Assembly (NCBI GenBank): GCA_963799845.1
Contig: CAWCYI010000006.1
Location: forward strand, 1,088,001-1,152,000
Reading direction: 5' to 3'
From: an uncultured Nitrososphaerota archaeon
Lineage (GTDB): Archaea; Thermoproteota; Nitrososphaeria; Nitrososphaerales; CADDZS01
DNA length: 64,000 nt
This document shows positions 40,607 to 50,461 of this stretch, piece by piece (positions within the stretch are counted from its first letter, which is position 1; the number at the start of each line of letters is the position of its first letter). Below the pieces are notes generated by a model. The model worked only from the letters and a program-made list of their open reading frames with translations. It was not told the origin of the DNA and did no database searches. A program made the position numbers and the translations under genes.

Positions 40607-42067
40607 ATGACTACAGAGATTTTGAATTTCATTTCAGGCCAGTGGGTAAAATCGGAAACCGGCGAGACGTTTCAAAACGTTAACCCGGCTCACACGTCAA
40701 TCCCGACGGGTGCTTTTCAGGCCTCAAGTAAGGAGGATTCGCGGAGGGCCATTCACTCCGCAGCAGAAGCTTTTCCGATATGGAGAAACACGCCTGCCCC
40801 TCAGAGGGGAAAAATTCTGTATGCCGCATCCAATATACTGGAAAGCCAGGCGGACGAGCTCTCAAAGATTCTGACGCAAGAAGAGGGGAAAACTATCGCG
40901 GAAAGCAAAGGAGAAGTCCAAAGATCGATAGATATTTTCCGATACTATGCCGGTATCGGCAGTCGCCTCGCCGGTAAAACCTTCCAGTCTGGAATCAAGA
41001 GAACTCTGCTCTACTCGGTCCGAGAGCCGCTTGGGGTAATCGCTATTATGACGCCATGGAATTTTCCGATAGCGATACCGACGTGGAAGATCGCGCCTGC
41101 CCTAATTTCTGGGAATACGATAGTTTTCAAGCCTGCGTCTCTTACGCCGCTGATTGCCCAAAAGATGACTTTATCTCTTGAAAAAGCAGGCCTGCCAAAA
41201 GGAGTCCTGAATTATGTTACCGGAGCTGGCTCGGTTGTAGGAGCCGAGTGAAGTGTCAATCCGGATGTAGATGCAATCTCATTCACCGGTTCGTACGAGG
41301 TTGGGTATGGCATTCAGAAAGCCCGTGCAAACTCAAGCAAAATAGCAAGGATTCAGCTTGAGATGGGCGGCAAGAACCCAACTATAGTCCTGCCAGATGC
41401 GAACTTGGATGAAGCAGTCTCGCTTGTCGCGAAGAGTGCATTTGGACTGACAGGTCAGGCATGTACTGCCACCAGTCGCGTAATAGTTCATGAGGAGGTG
41501 AAGCAGCGGTTCGTTGAGAAGCTGAAAGCCGAAGCCAATCAGACAAAAATCGGAGATGGACTGCAACCTGCTACGATGATGGGTCCGGCGGTTTCTGATC
41601 CTGAACTCCAGAAAGATCTTCGATATGTTGGCATCGGCATAGAAGAGGGTGCCAAACTCGTAGCCGGTGGTGAACGAATTAGGGGCGAAGGACTGGAGGA
41701 CGGATATTTTATCCGGCCGACGATATTCGACGAAGTTTCTTCAGATATGACAATTGCGAAAGACGAGATATTCGGCCCTGTTATCTCGGTGATGAATGCG
41801 AAAAATCTGGATGAAGCAATCCAAATCGCAAATAATGCCGAGTTTGGTCTGACTGCAGGATTATGCACCTCGAATCTCTCAAGCGCGCTCAGTTTCGCGG
41901 ACAAAGTTGATGCCGGAGTTATCAAGATAAACAAGATGACGACCGGTCTTGAGCTGCACGTGCCATTCGGGGGCTTCAAGAAATCGAGCGCGAACACGTT
42001 CAAAGAACAGGGAGAGGAAGCTATCGACTTTTACACCAGAACTAAGGCTGTCTACATCGGATATTGA
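40607..42067 (+). CDS. Aldehyde dehydrogenase (2,5-dioxopentanoate/KGSA dehydrogenase-like), in-frame TGA at 41249
   Basis: TPWNFP, FKPAS, FTGS, LEMGGKNP, GQACTA, EIFGP, PFGG. Both ORFs share a frame, separated only by GAG-TGA-AGT where Leu is expected. Confidence 0.9.
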
Positions 42068-42295
42068 TCGCAAACAAGCATTCACCTGTCTCTTGGCCAA
42101 CGAATTTCGGAGATAGTTTCTTGAAGTAAATTTGGCGAAGTGTTAAATATCAAAAACTCGAAATATGCCGGTACTCTTTTTCATGATCGCTAGCCCTAAA
42201 GATGTCCTTTGCGAAAATGATTTCATCGGGGCAATTGTTTGAGGAGGCAATTCCTAAGTCCTTATTCTTTCGGGAACAAATAGGAGAGAAAGCCC

Positions 42296-43291
42296 ATTCG
42301 CCTTAGAAGCAGGTTCTCGAAAAAATACCTAATCGGTAGATTCGTATCCCTATTCATTGTGCTCCTCGCGGTACTCGTTCTGAATTTTCTCTTACCCCAT
42401 CTGCTGCCAGGGGACTTTGTCGAGACCTACGCTTCGATAATTTCCGGTGCTCATCACCTTCCTTACGCTAATGTCCTTGCTAGACTCGAGAAAGTTTTTG
42501 GGAAACCTGAGCCGCTCCCGATTGCATTTGCAAACTACATGAAGCAGGTTTTATTTTCTTTTCCGCCTAACTTCGGCCCATCGTTCCAGTACTACCCGCT
42601 GTCCGCTTGGACAATAGTTCTCTTCGCTCTCCCTTGGACGCTTTTATTGCTCGGCGTCTCTCAAGCAATTGCTTGGATTGCATCCATTTTCGTAGGTGTG
42701 TACCTTGCTCTACACAAAAACAAATTCATCGATCGAACCCTGCAGCCCGCACTCTACTTTCTGAACTCTATTCCGGGTTTCTGGCTCGCTCTTATGTTTA
42801 TTTTTATATTTGCTCTCGAGCTGAAGTGGCTTCCTCCGGGGCAGGCTTATTCAGTCCTTCCAACTCTTTACACCGTGCTTGTACACTTGATTCTTCCATT
42901 ATCTGTGATCATAATCATATCACTGCCGAGCCACGTATTGGTCATACGGAGTGCCGCAATTGATATCGTTGGCAGTGATTTTGTTGCCGCTACGAAGGCC
43001 CAGGGTCTTAGTAATAGGATGATCATAAATAGAGTGTTGAGGAATTCCCTCATTCCTTCGCTAACACAGATGTTCCTCTCCGTAGGCTATTTAATCGGGG
43101 GAATAATCACTATTGAGTACGCATTCTCATATCCCGGAATGGGGACGATTATCGCTCAATCAGTTGCAATTGAAGATTTTCCAGTGATGCAGGCGGCCTT
43201 CTACGTAATTACGATTGTAGTGCTCATCTCGAACCTCGCTGCCGACTTGGTATACCCACTGATCGACCCAAGGGTGTCGTATGCAGAATAA
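42296..43291 (+). CDS. dppB: ABC transporter permease (DppB-like)
   Basis: KYLIGRFVSLFIV precedes the called GTG; LLPGD, SDFVAATKAQGL, RNSLIP, YPLIDPRV; probable ATT start at 42296. Confidence 0.9.
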   Translation: MRLRSRFSKKYLIGRFVSLFIVLLAVLVLNFLLPHLLPGDFVETYASIISGAHHLPYANVLARLEKVFGKPEPLPIAFANYMKQVLFSFPPNFGPSFQYYPLSAWTIVLFALPWTLLLLGVSQAIAWIASIFVGVYLALHKNKFIDRTLQPALYFLNSIPGFWLALMFIFIFALELKWLPPGQAYSVLPTLYTVLVHLILPLSVIIIISLPSHVLVIRSAAIDIVGSDFVAATKAQGLSNRMIINRVLRNSLIPSLTQMFLSVGYLIGGIITIEYAFSYPGMGTIIAQSVAIEDFPVMQAAFYVITIVVLISNLAADLVYPLIDPRVSYAE

Positions 43292-44185
43292 ATGACAGCG
43301 ACCCAGACAACCTCGCGCAGCTTTATCGGTCGGCTAAGATCCGGTAACGGATTTGCAAGCTTACTTTTCAAGTCAGTATTAAAGAGAAGAGATGTTAAAG
43401 TAGGACTAGGTATTCTCGGTTTTTTCGTCATTCTTGACTTTGTGAGCGTTGTCTACCTCCCGTACAATCCGTTAGCTCCAGTATCAGTCTCGATACACAA
43501 TCCAGCGCCTCCATCTTGGAAATTTCTGTTCGGAACGACAAATTTAGGCCAGGATGTGTTCAGCGAATGGATGTTTGGTACTCAGGCGACGCTTTTCGTA
43601 GGTTTTCTTGCTGCTCTAGTTACTGCTTTACTTGGCGTTACTACCGGGATAATTGCAGGATACATGAAGATGTGGGACGAACCGCTTATGAGGGCTGCGG
43701 ATGTGATACTTACACTGCCATCGCTTCCTCTGTTGATTGTCGCGGCGGCATTTTTGAAGCCAAGTGATTTTAATGTCGCGATTTTGATTGCCGTACTGGC
43801 TTGGGCTGGTATGTCCAGAACCTTAAGGTCCTCAGTCCTTTCCCTGAAGCGTCTGCCCTTTGTTGAAGTCGCGGAGTTGAGCAACGTCCCGGCGTGGAAA
43901 ATAATGTTTGTAGACATGCTAAAGCACACCTTGCCGCTTATACTCACCTATTCCCTCTTTGCAGTCGGTGGCGCGATTCTCACGGTCGCCTCTCTCGACT
44001 TCATTGGTGTAGGTCCCGTAACTGACTACAGTTGGGGTTCAATGATTTCATTATCAAACGACAACAACGCATTGCTCCAAGGGGCATGGTGGTGGCCGGT
44101 GCCGCCGGGCTTGAGCATCGCGATTTTGGTTACGTCCCTCGCTCTAATCGCATATGGACTCGAGTCCGCCTTCAAGAACATGTAG
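43292..44185 (+). CDS. dppC: ABC transporter permease (DppC-like)
   Basis: FGTTNLGQDVFS, PFVEVAEL, SWGSMI, WWWPVPPGL. Confidence 0.92.
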   Translation: MTATQTTSRSFIGRLRSGNGFASLLFKSVLKRRDVKVGLGILGFFVILDFVSVVYLPYNPLAPVSVSIHNPAPPSWKFLFGTTNLGQDVFSEWMFGTQATLFVGFLAALVTALLGVTTGIIAGYMKMWDEPLMRAADVILTLPSLPLLIVAAAFLKPSDFNVAILIAVLAWAGMSRTLRSSVLSLKRLPFVEVAELSNVPAWKIMFVDMLKHTLPLILTYSLFAVGGAILTVASLDFIGVGPVTDYSWGSMISLSNDNNALLQGAWWWPVPPGLSIAILVTSLALIAYGLESAFKNM

Positions 44186-44202
44186 AAGGAAATCGAAGAA
44201 AG

Positions 44203-45168
44203 TTGGCGAGCAACCAAGCTTTGCAAACTGGCACTGCTCTAAGTATCAAAGATCTCAATGTATCCTATTTCATAGGGTCGAAAAATAATCTGATGGCATG
44301 CAGGGACGTCCAGTTTGACACGAAAGTTGGAGAGAGTGTGGGTCTCCTCGGCGAAAGCGGTGCGGGGAAAAGCACTGTTGCCTACGCGGTGATGGGACTG
44401 ATAGAGCCGCCAAACAAAGCGACAGGCGAAATAATCTATGGTGGAAAAAATGTTCTAACAATGTCTCAAGACGAGCTACGCAGCTTTAGGTGGAATGAGG
44501 TCGCAATGATATTCCAGGCCGCAATGAACTCGCTCGATCCGATTGTGACGGTAGGGAAAAACATGGACGAGCTTATCTTGGATAAGGGCGTCGTCCACAA
44601 TAAGCAGGAAGCAAGAGAGTTGTCCAAGAAGCTTTTGGCGACAGTTGATCTCTCGGAGGATGTCTACAAGATGTATCCATTCGAGCTTTCCGGTGGGATG
44701 AAGCAGAGAGTTATCATTTCGATGGCGCTCGTTACCAATCCAAAGATCCTCATTCTCGACGAACCAACTACTGCTCTGGACACGATAACTCAGTACTCTG
44801 TCCTGTCTACAATCAAGACTTTGAAAAACGAGGGACGAGTCGGAGGTCTGCTTTTGATCTCTCACGACATTTCGGTTCAGTCGTTCATGGTCGATCGAAT
44901 TCTAATAATGCTCAAGGGGCTGGTCGTTGAAGATGCGCCGATAAAGACTGTGATGGAGGACGCGAAACACCCTTACACGCAGGTCTTGACAGAGAAATTG
45001 AAGATCGACACGTCAAAAAGATCTGGTGCATCAAATGTATCTTCGACGAACGGATGCCCGTTTGCGAACTATTGCCCGTACGTGATGAGCCGCTGCCAAG
45101 AAGAAGTACCGAGATTAATCCAGATCGCTGACGGACACCGCGTCGCATGTTTTCTCTTTGGGGGTTAG
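44203..45168 (+). CDS. dppD: ABC transporter ATP-binding subunit (DppD-like)
   Basis: GESGAGKST, LSGGMKQR, LDEPTTALD; TTG start at 44203 after the dppC stop. Confidence 0.92.
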   Translation: MASNQALQTGTALSIKDLNVSYFIGSKNNLMACRDVQFDTKVGESVGLLGESGAGKSTVAYAVMGLIEPPNKATGEIIYGGKNVLTMSQDELRSFRWNEVAMIFQAAMNSLDPIVTVGKNMDELILDKGVVHNKQEARELSKKLLATVDLSEDVYKMYPFELSGGMKQRVIISMALVTNPKILILDEPTTALDTITQYSVLSTIKTLKNEGRVGGLLLISHDISVQSFMVDRILIMLKGLVVEDAPIKTVMEDAKHPYTQVLTEKLKIDTSKRSGASNVSSTNGCPFANYCPYVMSRCQEEVPRLIQIADGHRVACFLFGG

Positions 45169-46159
45169 GGCAGTGCAAGAATCTGAACAATCCTTTGAAT
45201 TAAGGAAGACATCTTCTCCTGTGTTAGAATTCAAGAATGTCTGCCAGTACTTCAACGATAAAAATGGTGGGATTGTTACCGCAGCGGAAGATGTCAATCT
45301 CTCCATAATGTACGGGGAAGTAATGGCTTTGGTGGGTGAAAGCGGATCCGGAAAAACTACTCTCGGTAGGCTTTCAGTCGGCCTGGGAAAGCCGAGCAAG
45401 GGAGAGATACTGCTTAACGGAGAAAACGTCTCAAGTTACACGAAGCTGCAGCTGAGAGGAAAGGCTCAGTATATTCACCAAGATCCATACAGCGCGCTTG
45501 ACCCTTACCTTAGTGTTCGCGAAGTGTTGGAGAGACCCCTGATCCATGTTCGCAGAATAAAGGATCCCGCGAGGAGGGAGGATATAATGACAACAATTCT
45601 CGACGGCATGGGACTCGAAAGTTTCTACCTTTCCAAGAGCGTTCGCGAACTCAGCGGAGGTCAGAAGCAAAGGATTCTTGTAGCCAGGGCATTTGTGGTC
45701 GAACCGGAGTACGTGGTCGCTGACGAGCCGACTACCATGGTAGATTTCGTCAGGCGAAATGAAATCATTGCACTTCTAACGAACCTTAGACAGAAAATGG
45801 GTACCGCCGTGTTATTGATCACACATGATGTCTCTGTTGCCTCAAAGCTGTCGGATAGAGTGGCTGTGATGTACAAAGGTGAAATCGTCGAATCAGGAGT
45901 TACTTCCGAGGTCCTAAAGGATCCGTTGCACCCATACACACTGGCTCTCCTATCTGTTACTCCAGAGAAGCTCATGAAGCAAGAAGGACCGCTGCTTGCC
46001 GCGACAAGAAAAGGAAATGTCACAATTCCGTTGAAATTCGAGGGATGCAGATATTCTTTCGTTTGCCCTTTTGCTTTTGACCGCTGTCGGGCAGAACGAC
46101 CCAAACTCGTCGAAGTGAGTTCCGGACACAAAGTCGCCTGCTTCAAAGTTACGGGCTAG
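45158..46159 (+). CDS. dppF: ABC transporter ATP-binding subunit (DppF-like)
   Basis: GESGSGKTT, LSGGQKQR, ADEPT, C-terminal Cys cluster. Confidence 0.92.
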   Translation: MGVRAVQESEQSFELRKTSSPVLEFKNVCQYFNDKNGGIVTAAEDVNLSIMYGEVMALVGESGSGKTTLGRLSVGLGKPSKGEILLNGENVSSYTKLQLRGKAQYIHQDPYSALDPYLSVREVLERPLIHVRRIKDPARREDIMTTILDGMGLESFYLSKSVRELSGGQKQRILVARAFVVEPEYVVADEPTTMVDFVRRNEIIALLTNLRQKMGTAVLLITHDVSVASKLSDRVAVMYKGEIVESGVTSEVLKDPLHPYTLALLSVTPEKLMKQEGPLLAATRKGNVTIPLKFEGCRYSFVCPFAFDRCRAERPKLVEVSSGHKVACFKVTG

Positions 46160-46192
46160 CCCGGCAGACATTATTAGCTCGCCATAAATCGA

Positions 46193-47335
46193 GTGTCCAC
46201 GAAAATGTCCGAAAATCAGATCAACGTCGCCGTTGTCGGCGCAGGGATGATTAGTATGATCTACCTGGCGAACCTTACGGGGTTCAAAGCAATCAAAGTA
46301 CGAGCGATCGCTGATATCATTCCTGAAAAGGCTCAGAAGATGGCACGGGACTTCAACATTGAGAAAGCCTGCTCCGTGGGCGAAGTTCTGGAGGATCCTT
46401 CGATTGAGATCATCGTGAATCTCACGGTTCCAAAGGCTCACGCCGAAGTTACGGTGAAGGGCATAGCTGCTGGAAAGCACGTCTACGGGGAAAAACCACT
46501 GGCGACTAATCGAGAAGATGGAAAGAAAATTCTTGAGGCAGCAAGGTCAAAGGCCGTCAGGGTCGGATCCGCCCCGGATACATTCCTCGGCGGAGGCTTT
46601 CAAACGGCAAGAAAGATTTTGGACGATGGTTGGATCGGAAAGCCAGTTGCTGCCGCTGCATTTAGGGCAGACCACGGACCAGATGAACACCCCAACGCGG
46701 CGTTCTTTTATCAAAAGGGTGGCGGGCCACTATTTGACATGGGTCCATATTATCTCACCGATCTGGTAAATTTACTTGGGCCTGCAAAGAAGGTAGTCGC
46801 ATTGATACAAGTGCCGTTTGCGGAGAGAACGGAACTGTCAAAAGCGCCCTGGGGCAGGACTGTAAAGGTCGAAGTGCCCACACTGGTGACGGGCGCGATC
46901 GAGTTTCAATCCGGCGTTTTATGCTCAACTGTGAACACATTTGACGTTTGGGCGACCCATCTTCCGCACATTGAAATTTACTGCACTAACGGCTCGCTTT
47001 CGGTTCCTAATCCTAACAGATTTGGAGGGAACGTCAAGATAAAGAAGCCTGATCAAGAGGAATGGACAGAGATCCCTCCGATGGGAGGATTCATGAACGA
47101 CATGGCGGACTACAGGGGCATCGGTACTCTGGATATGGCTCTCGCGATTCTCAACGGCAGAGAGCACCGTGCAAACCTGGAGCTCGCTTATCATGTCTTG
47201 GACATCATGCAGAGCTACTACGATTCCGCTCAAACTGAAAAGACTGTCTACGTCGAAAGCTCATGCAAGAAACCTGCCCCTCTTCCACTAGACCCGGTGA
47301 ATGGAGAAATCTCCCCAGCCACGGCGTACGATTGA
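46193..47335 (+). CDS. Gfo/Idh/MocA family oxidoreductase
   Basis: VGAGMIS, GKHVYGEKP, APDTFLG, GGGPLFDMGPYY. Confidence 0.92.
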   Translation: MSTKMSENQINVAVVGAGMISMIYLANLTGFKAIKVRAIADIIPEKAQKMARDFNIEKACSVGEVLEDPSIEIIVNLTVPKAHAEVTVKGIAAGKHVYGEKPLATNREDGKKILEAARSKAVRVGSAPDTFLGGGFQTARKILDDGWIGKPVAAAAFRADHGPDEHPNAAFFYQKGGGPLFDMGPYYLTDLVNLLGPAKKVVALIQVPFAERTELSKAPWGRTVKVEVPTLVTGAIEFQSGVLCSTVNTFDVWATHLPHIEIYCTNGSLSVPNPNRFGGNVKIKKPDQEEWTEIPPMGGFMNDMADYRGIGTLDMALAILNGREHRANLELAYHVLDIMQSYYDSAQTEKTVYVESSCKKPAPLPLDPVNGEISPATAYD

Positions 47336-47358
47336 TGGTAGCTAGAGCGACTACGGAA

Positions 47359-48135
47359 CTACGATATTCCTAGCTTTTCCAAATAGTTCTTGCTCATTCT
47401 CAGGCTTTCAACCGTGTCTATGAGCGAGTCGTCTTGCTCGACGATGTACCACTCCACGCCGGAATATTTGCACGCATCAAGTATGTAGGGCATGTTCATG
47501 TTTCCTTCGCCGACCTCCATCGTCACTGGTTTTCCTTCCACTATTCCGAGGTCCTTGATATGAGTCAGCGGTACGCGGCCCTGAAACTTTCTTATCCATT
47601 CCGCAGGATCTCCTCCGCCATATTGCACCCAGCAGACATCGATTTCGGCGAGATAGTTTTTCCAGTTTGATTCGTTGAAGATAATCTCCATTGCAGTTTT
47701 TCCCCTGAATTTCTCGAATTCCTTTGAATGGTTGTGATAAGCGAATTTTATCCCATTGTTGTTTAGTTTCTTACCAAATGAGGCGAGCATGCTCGTCCCC
47801 GTCAGATATCCCTGTTCGTCCTTACAGAATCGATCTCTCGGGAGATTCGGGACCACTACGTATTCAAGTCCAATAGCTTTGATGTTCTCGATGGCGTCGT
47901 CGATCCCATACTCTAAACGCTCAAACTCTGTGTGCGCTGAAAAAGCCCTCATTCCCACCCGATTGAGAAGGTCCTTCAATTCTTCTACTTCGAATTGAAG
48001 AAGAAGGCCGTCTAGGTCTAGCTCGACTGCCGAGTAGCCTAGCTCGCGAATTTGTCTGAATGTTTTTTCAACGTTTTCGGGATTGTTTAGCTTATCACGT
48101 ACAGTATAGGAATTGAATGCCAGCTTCGTTGACAT
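47359..48135 (-). CDS. Sugar phosphate isomerase/epimerase (TIM barrel)
   Basis: YTVRD, AYHNHSKEF, EIDVCW, HIKD, VGEGNMN, IVEQD. Confidence 0.92.
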   Translation of the reverse strand: MSTKLAFNSYTVRDKLNNPENVEKTFRQIRELGYSAVELDLDGLLLQFEVEELKDLLNRVGMRAFSAHTEFERLEYGIDDAIENIKAIGLEYVVVPNLPRDRFCKDEQGYLTGTSMLASFGKKLNNNGIKFAYHNHSKEFEKFRGKTAMEIIFNESNWKNYLAEIDVCWVQYGGGDPAEWIRKFQGRVPLTHIKDLGIVEGKPVTMEVGEGNMNMPYILDACKYSGVEWYIVEQDDSLIDTVESLRMSKNYLEKLGIS

Positions 48136-48437
48136 GATGCTTTATTCTTGGTCGATTTTTTAGTTATCCATTTCTTAAGAGATGTGGTCATGATAGAAGA
48201 TTGCTGCTTCGACATGACTGATTATTCTTGCTTCAACACAGGCCTGCGAATTAGAATGATTCCACTAGAAGATTGAGCGGCAGTCCAATATTTTTCTAGG
48301 CCAAAAGATGAGTCAGTCGCGCTTGATTCCGACGATTGAATCTTAGAAAATGAAAAAGAAAACGCAACGAATTTCGGAATGCTGCCGAATGATTTGCGTA
48401 AGAAGCTTTTTATTTCTGCTCCCTATTCGATGCACGC

Positions 48438-50441
48438 ATGCGGATTGGATCCAGCCTCGGGAAATCCACGAAACTCGTTATAGTTCTCCTCATGTTCGCT
48501 TTGCTAGCCCTTTCGTCGACAAGCCTTTCCTTCGGAGTAAAAGAGGTGCATGCTGCTTCAAGCGCATCCTCGACTGTACTATCCCTCGGCGAGGTAGACA
48601 CTCCTCCCATAGCCGCATTGAATCCTTTGAATCCCTCTTGTAATACTCACCTCTGCTCGCTCCTTTACGATTACGCGTACTCGATTAATTTTCCACCGTT
48701 AGCCTTCATCAGCCCGAGGATGGCCTCGGGATGGACGCAAAATGCGAATAACACAATATGGATCCTAAATCTGCGGCCGAACCTGAAGTGGAGCGATGGC
48801 AGTCCGTTGAATGCTACAGATTTGGCATTCACGTTAAACATTTACAACGAATCAGGTTACTACACGGCTCCGTATGTTAACGGTATTACGATCTTAAACT
48901 CAACAGCTGTTCAGGTGAATACTCAACCAGGCAATTTCATGCTCTATGATATTATTTTCAACGGATTTGAAATATTGCCAAAAGAGACGTTCGGGCAGTA
49001 TAACGGTACAACGGTATCCTCATTTCAAGACTTGACTAACATCGTATCCGATGGAGCTTTCTACTTAACAAACTACACCATTGGTGAAAATCCAGTAATA
49101 CTGAAGGCGAATCCCTACTACTGGCAGGGGACTCCAAAATACCAAACACTAGATTACTATCAGTATTCCTCAAATTCGGCTCTGCTGAGTGCACTGGAAG
49201 CTGGGCAAATTGGCATGGCTAGTTGCGGACCAGGGTCTTGCCTCACCATTCCGGGATTCTCAATCGTCAATCCTCCTCAAGCAATTCCGGGCCATACGCT
49301 TGGCATAGAGTTCAATGACTGGACGTATCCCTTCAATAATACGCTTGTGAGACAGGCGTTAGCCTATGCAACCAACATAACCCAGATTAACTACGCGGTG
49401 AATGGAGCATCCGCGCCGAATGCCTCTGAAAATCAAGACCTGCTTCTACCCGCGTATAATCAGGCAATCGGATATTCGAATGGCACAGGACCTGTGGGCT
49501 ATACTTACAACACGACGGAGGCTGAACAATTGTTTGTGCAGGCCGGATTCAAATACGCCGGTACAACTCTTGAATATCCCAACGGAACTGCTGTCGCCTT
49601 CACATTGCAATACGAGTCCATCAGACCCTGGCAGGCGAGTACTGCAACAATAGTATCAGCCCAGTGGGCCGATGTTGGTATCAGAGTACAGGACATTGCG
49701 GAGGAGCTTACAACGTTCAACAACTTGGCAACACAAGCCAATCCGGTTGGATGGCAGGTCGTTGTCGGTGAAGTAACTCCCGCCTATATGAATAACTGGG
49801 GAGTGACTCCCGGTCCCGGAATAACGCTAGAGCTTGGCACATATGAAGTTCCTGTTAACAATACCTTCACATTCTGGAACGCGACTTATGCACAGGTGTA
49901 TGCTAGATTACAGAATGATGTCGTAAATTCGTCGCAATACTATTCTGACGCTATGGAGTGCGCCTGGATCAACGCTCACGAGGTTCCCGTGATACCGCTT
50001 TACAATATCTTCGGAAACCTGATCATTTCGAACAACATCTATTGGGGCAGTGAATCCCAGTATACTGGAATCTATAACACGCAAGCTGAGACTAGCCCGG
50101 TGTTCTGGGATGAGACATTGTTCGAGGCCGCCCCGGTCAATTCCTCCTCAAGTTCGGTTGCAGTTTCGACAGTGACCGCGACGGTGAGCACGGTCTCGAC
50201 ACTTTCCTCAACGGTGCTCTCAACTGTCACCTCAGGAGGTTCTACAGTTGTGTCTACAGTAACTAGCGCGGTTCCAACTACCATAGTCTCTACCGCAGCT
50301 ACAACGACAACTTCATCTTCTTCCCCAACTCTATTGTACGCTGGAATCGGTGTTGTGATCATTATCATCGTAGCCGCCGCGGCGGCAATGATGATGAGAC
50401 GCAAACCGGAAGCCCAACAACCATCTGGGGGAAAATCCTGA
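48438..50441 (+). CDS. Family-5 ABC substrate-binding protein, paralogue of 36108..38162
   Basis: LRPNLKWSDGSPLNATD, ANPYYW, VRQALAYA, S/T linker, C-terminal TM followed by RRK. Confidence 0.9.
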   Translation: MRIGSSLGKSTKLVIVLLMFALLALSSTSLSFGVKEVHAASSASSTVLSLGEVDTPPIAALNPLNPSCNTHLCSLLYDYAYSINFPPLAFISPRMASGWTQNANNTIWILNLRPNLKWSDGSPLNATDLAFTLNIYNESGYYTAPYVNGITILNSTAVQVNTQPGNFMLYDIIFNGFEILPKETFGQYNGTTVSSFQDLTNIVSDGAFYLTNYTIGENPVILKANPYYWQGTPKYQTLDYYQYSSNSALLSALEAGQIGMASCGPGSCLTIPGFSIVNPPQAIPGHTLGIEFNDWTYPFNNTLVRQALAYATNITQINYAVNGASAPNASENQDLLLPAYNQAIGYSNGTGPVGYTYNTTEAEQLFVQAGFKYAGTTLEYPNGTAVAFTLQYESIRPWQASTATIVSAQWADVGIRVQDIAEELTTFNNLATQANPVGWQVVVGEVTPAYMNNWGVTPGPGITLELGTYEVPVNNTFTFWNATYAQVYARLQNDVVNSSQYYSDAMECAWINAHEVPVIPLYNIFGNLIISNNIYWGSESQYTGIYNTQAETSPVFWDETLFEAAPVNSSSSSVAVSTVTATVSTVSTLSSTVLSTVTSGGSTVVSTVTSAVPTTIVSTAATTTTSSSSPTLLYAGIGVVIIIIVAAAAAMMMRRKPEAQQPSGGKS

Positions 50442-50461
50442 GTTTTCCCTCAAACGACTTT

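Noticed and set aside
41249-41251. In-frame TGA in ALDH as selenocysteine or programmed readthrough
   Set aside because: The position corresponds to Leu in G-A-E-L, not Cys. The catalytic Cys (GQACTA) is intact, TGA is a normal stop in other genes here, and the site fits the AGCT error pattern
44032-44202. N-terminal extension of DppD in the ORF track
   Set aside because: Overlaps dppC by about 150 nt; TTG 44203 gives a normal N-terminus
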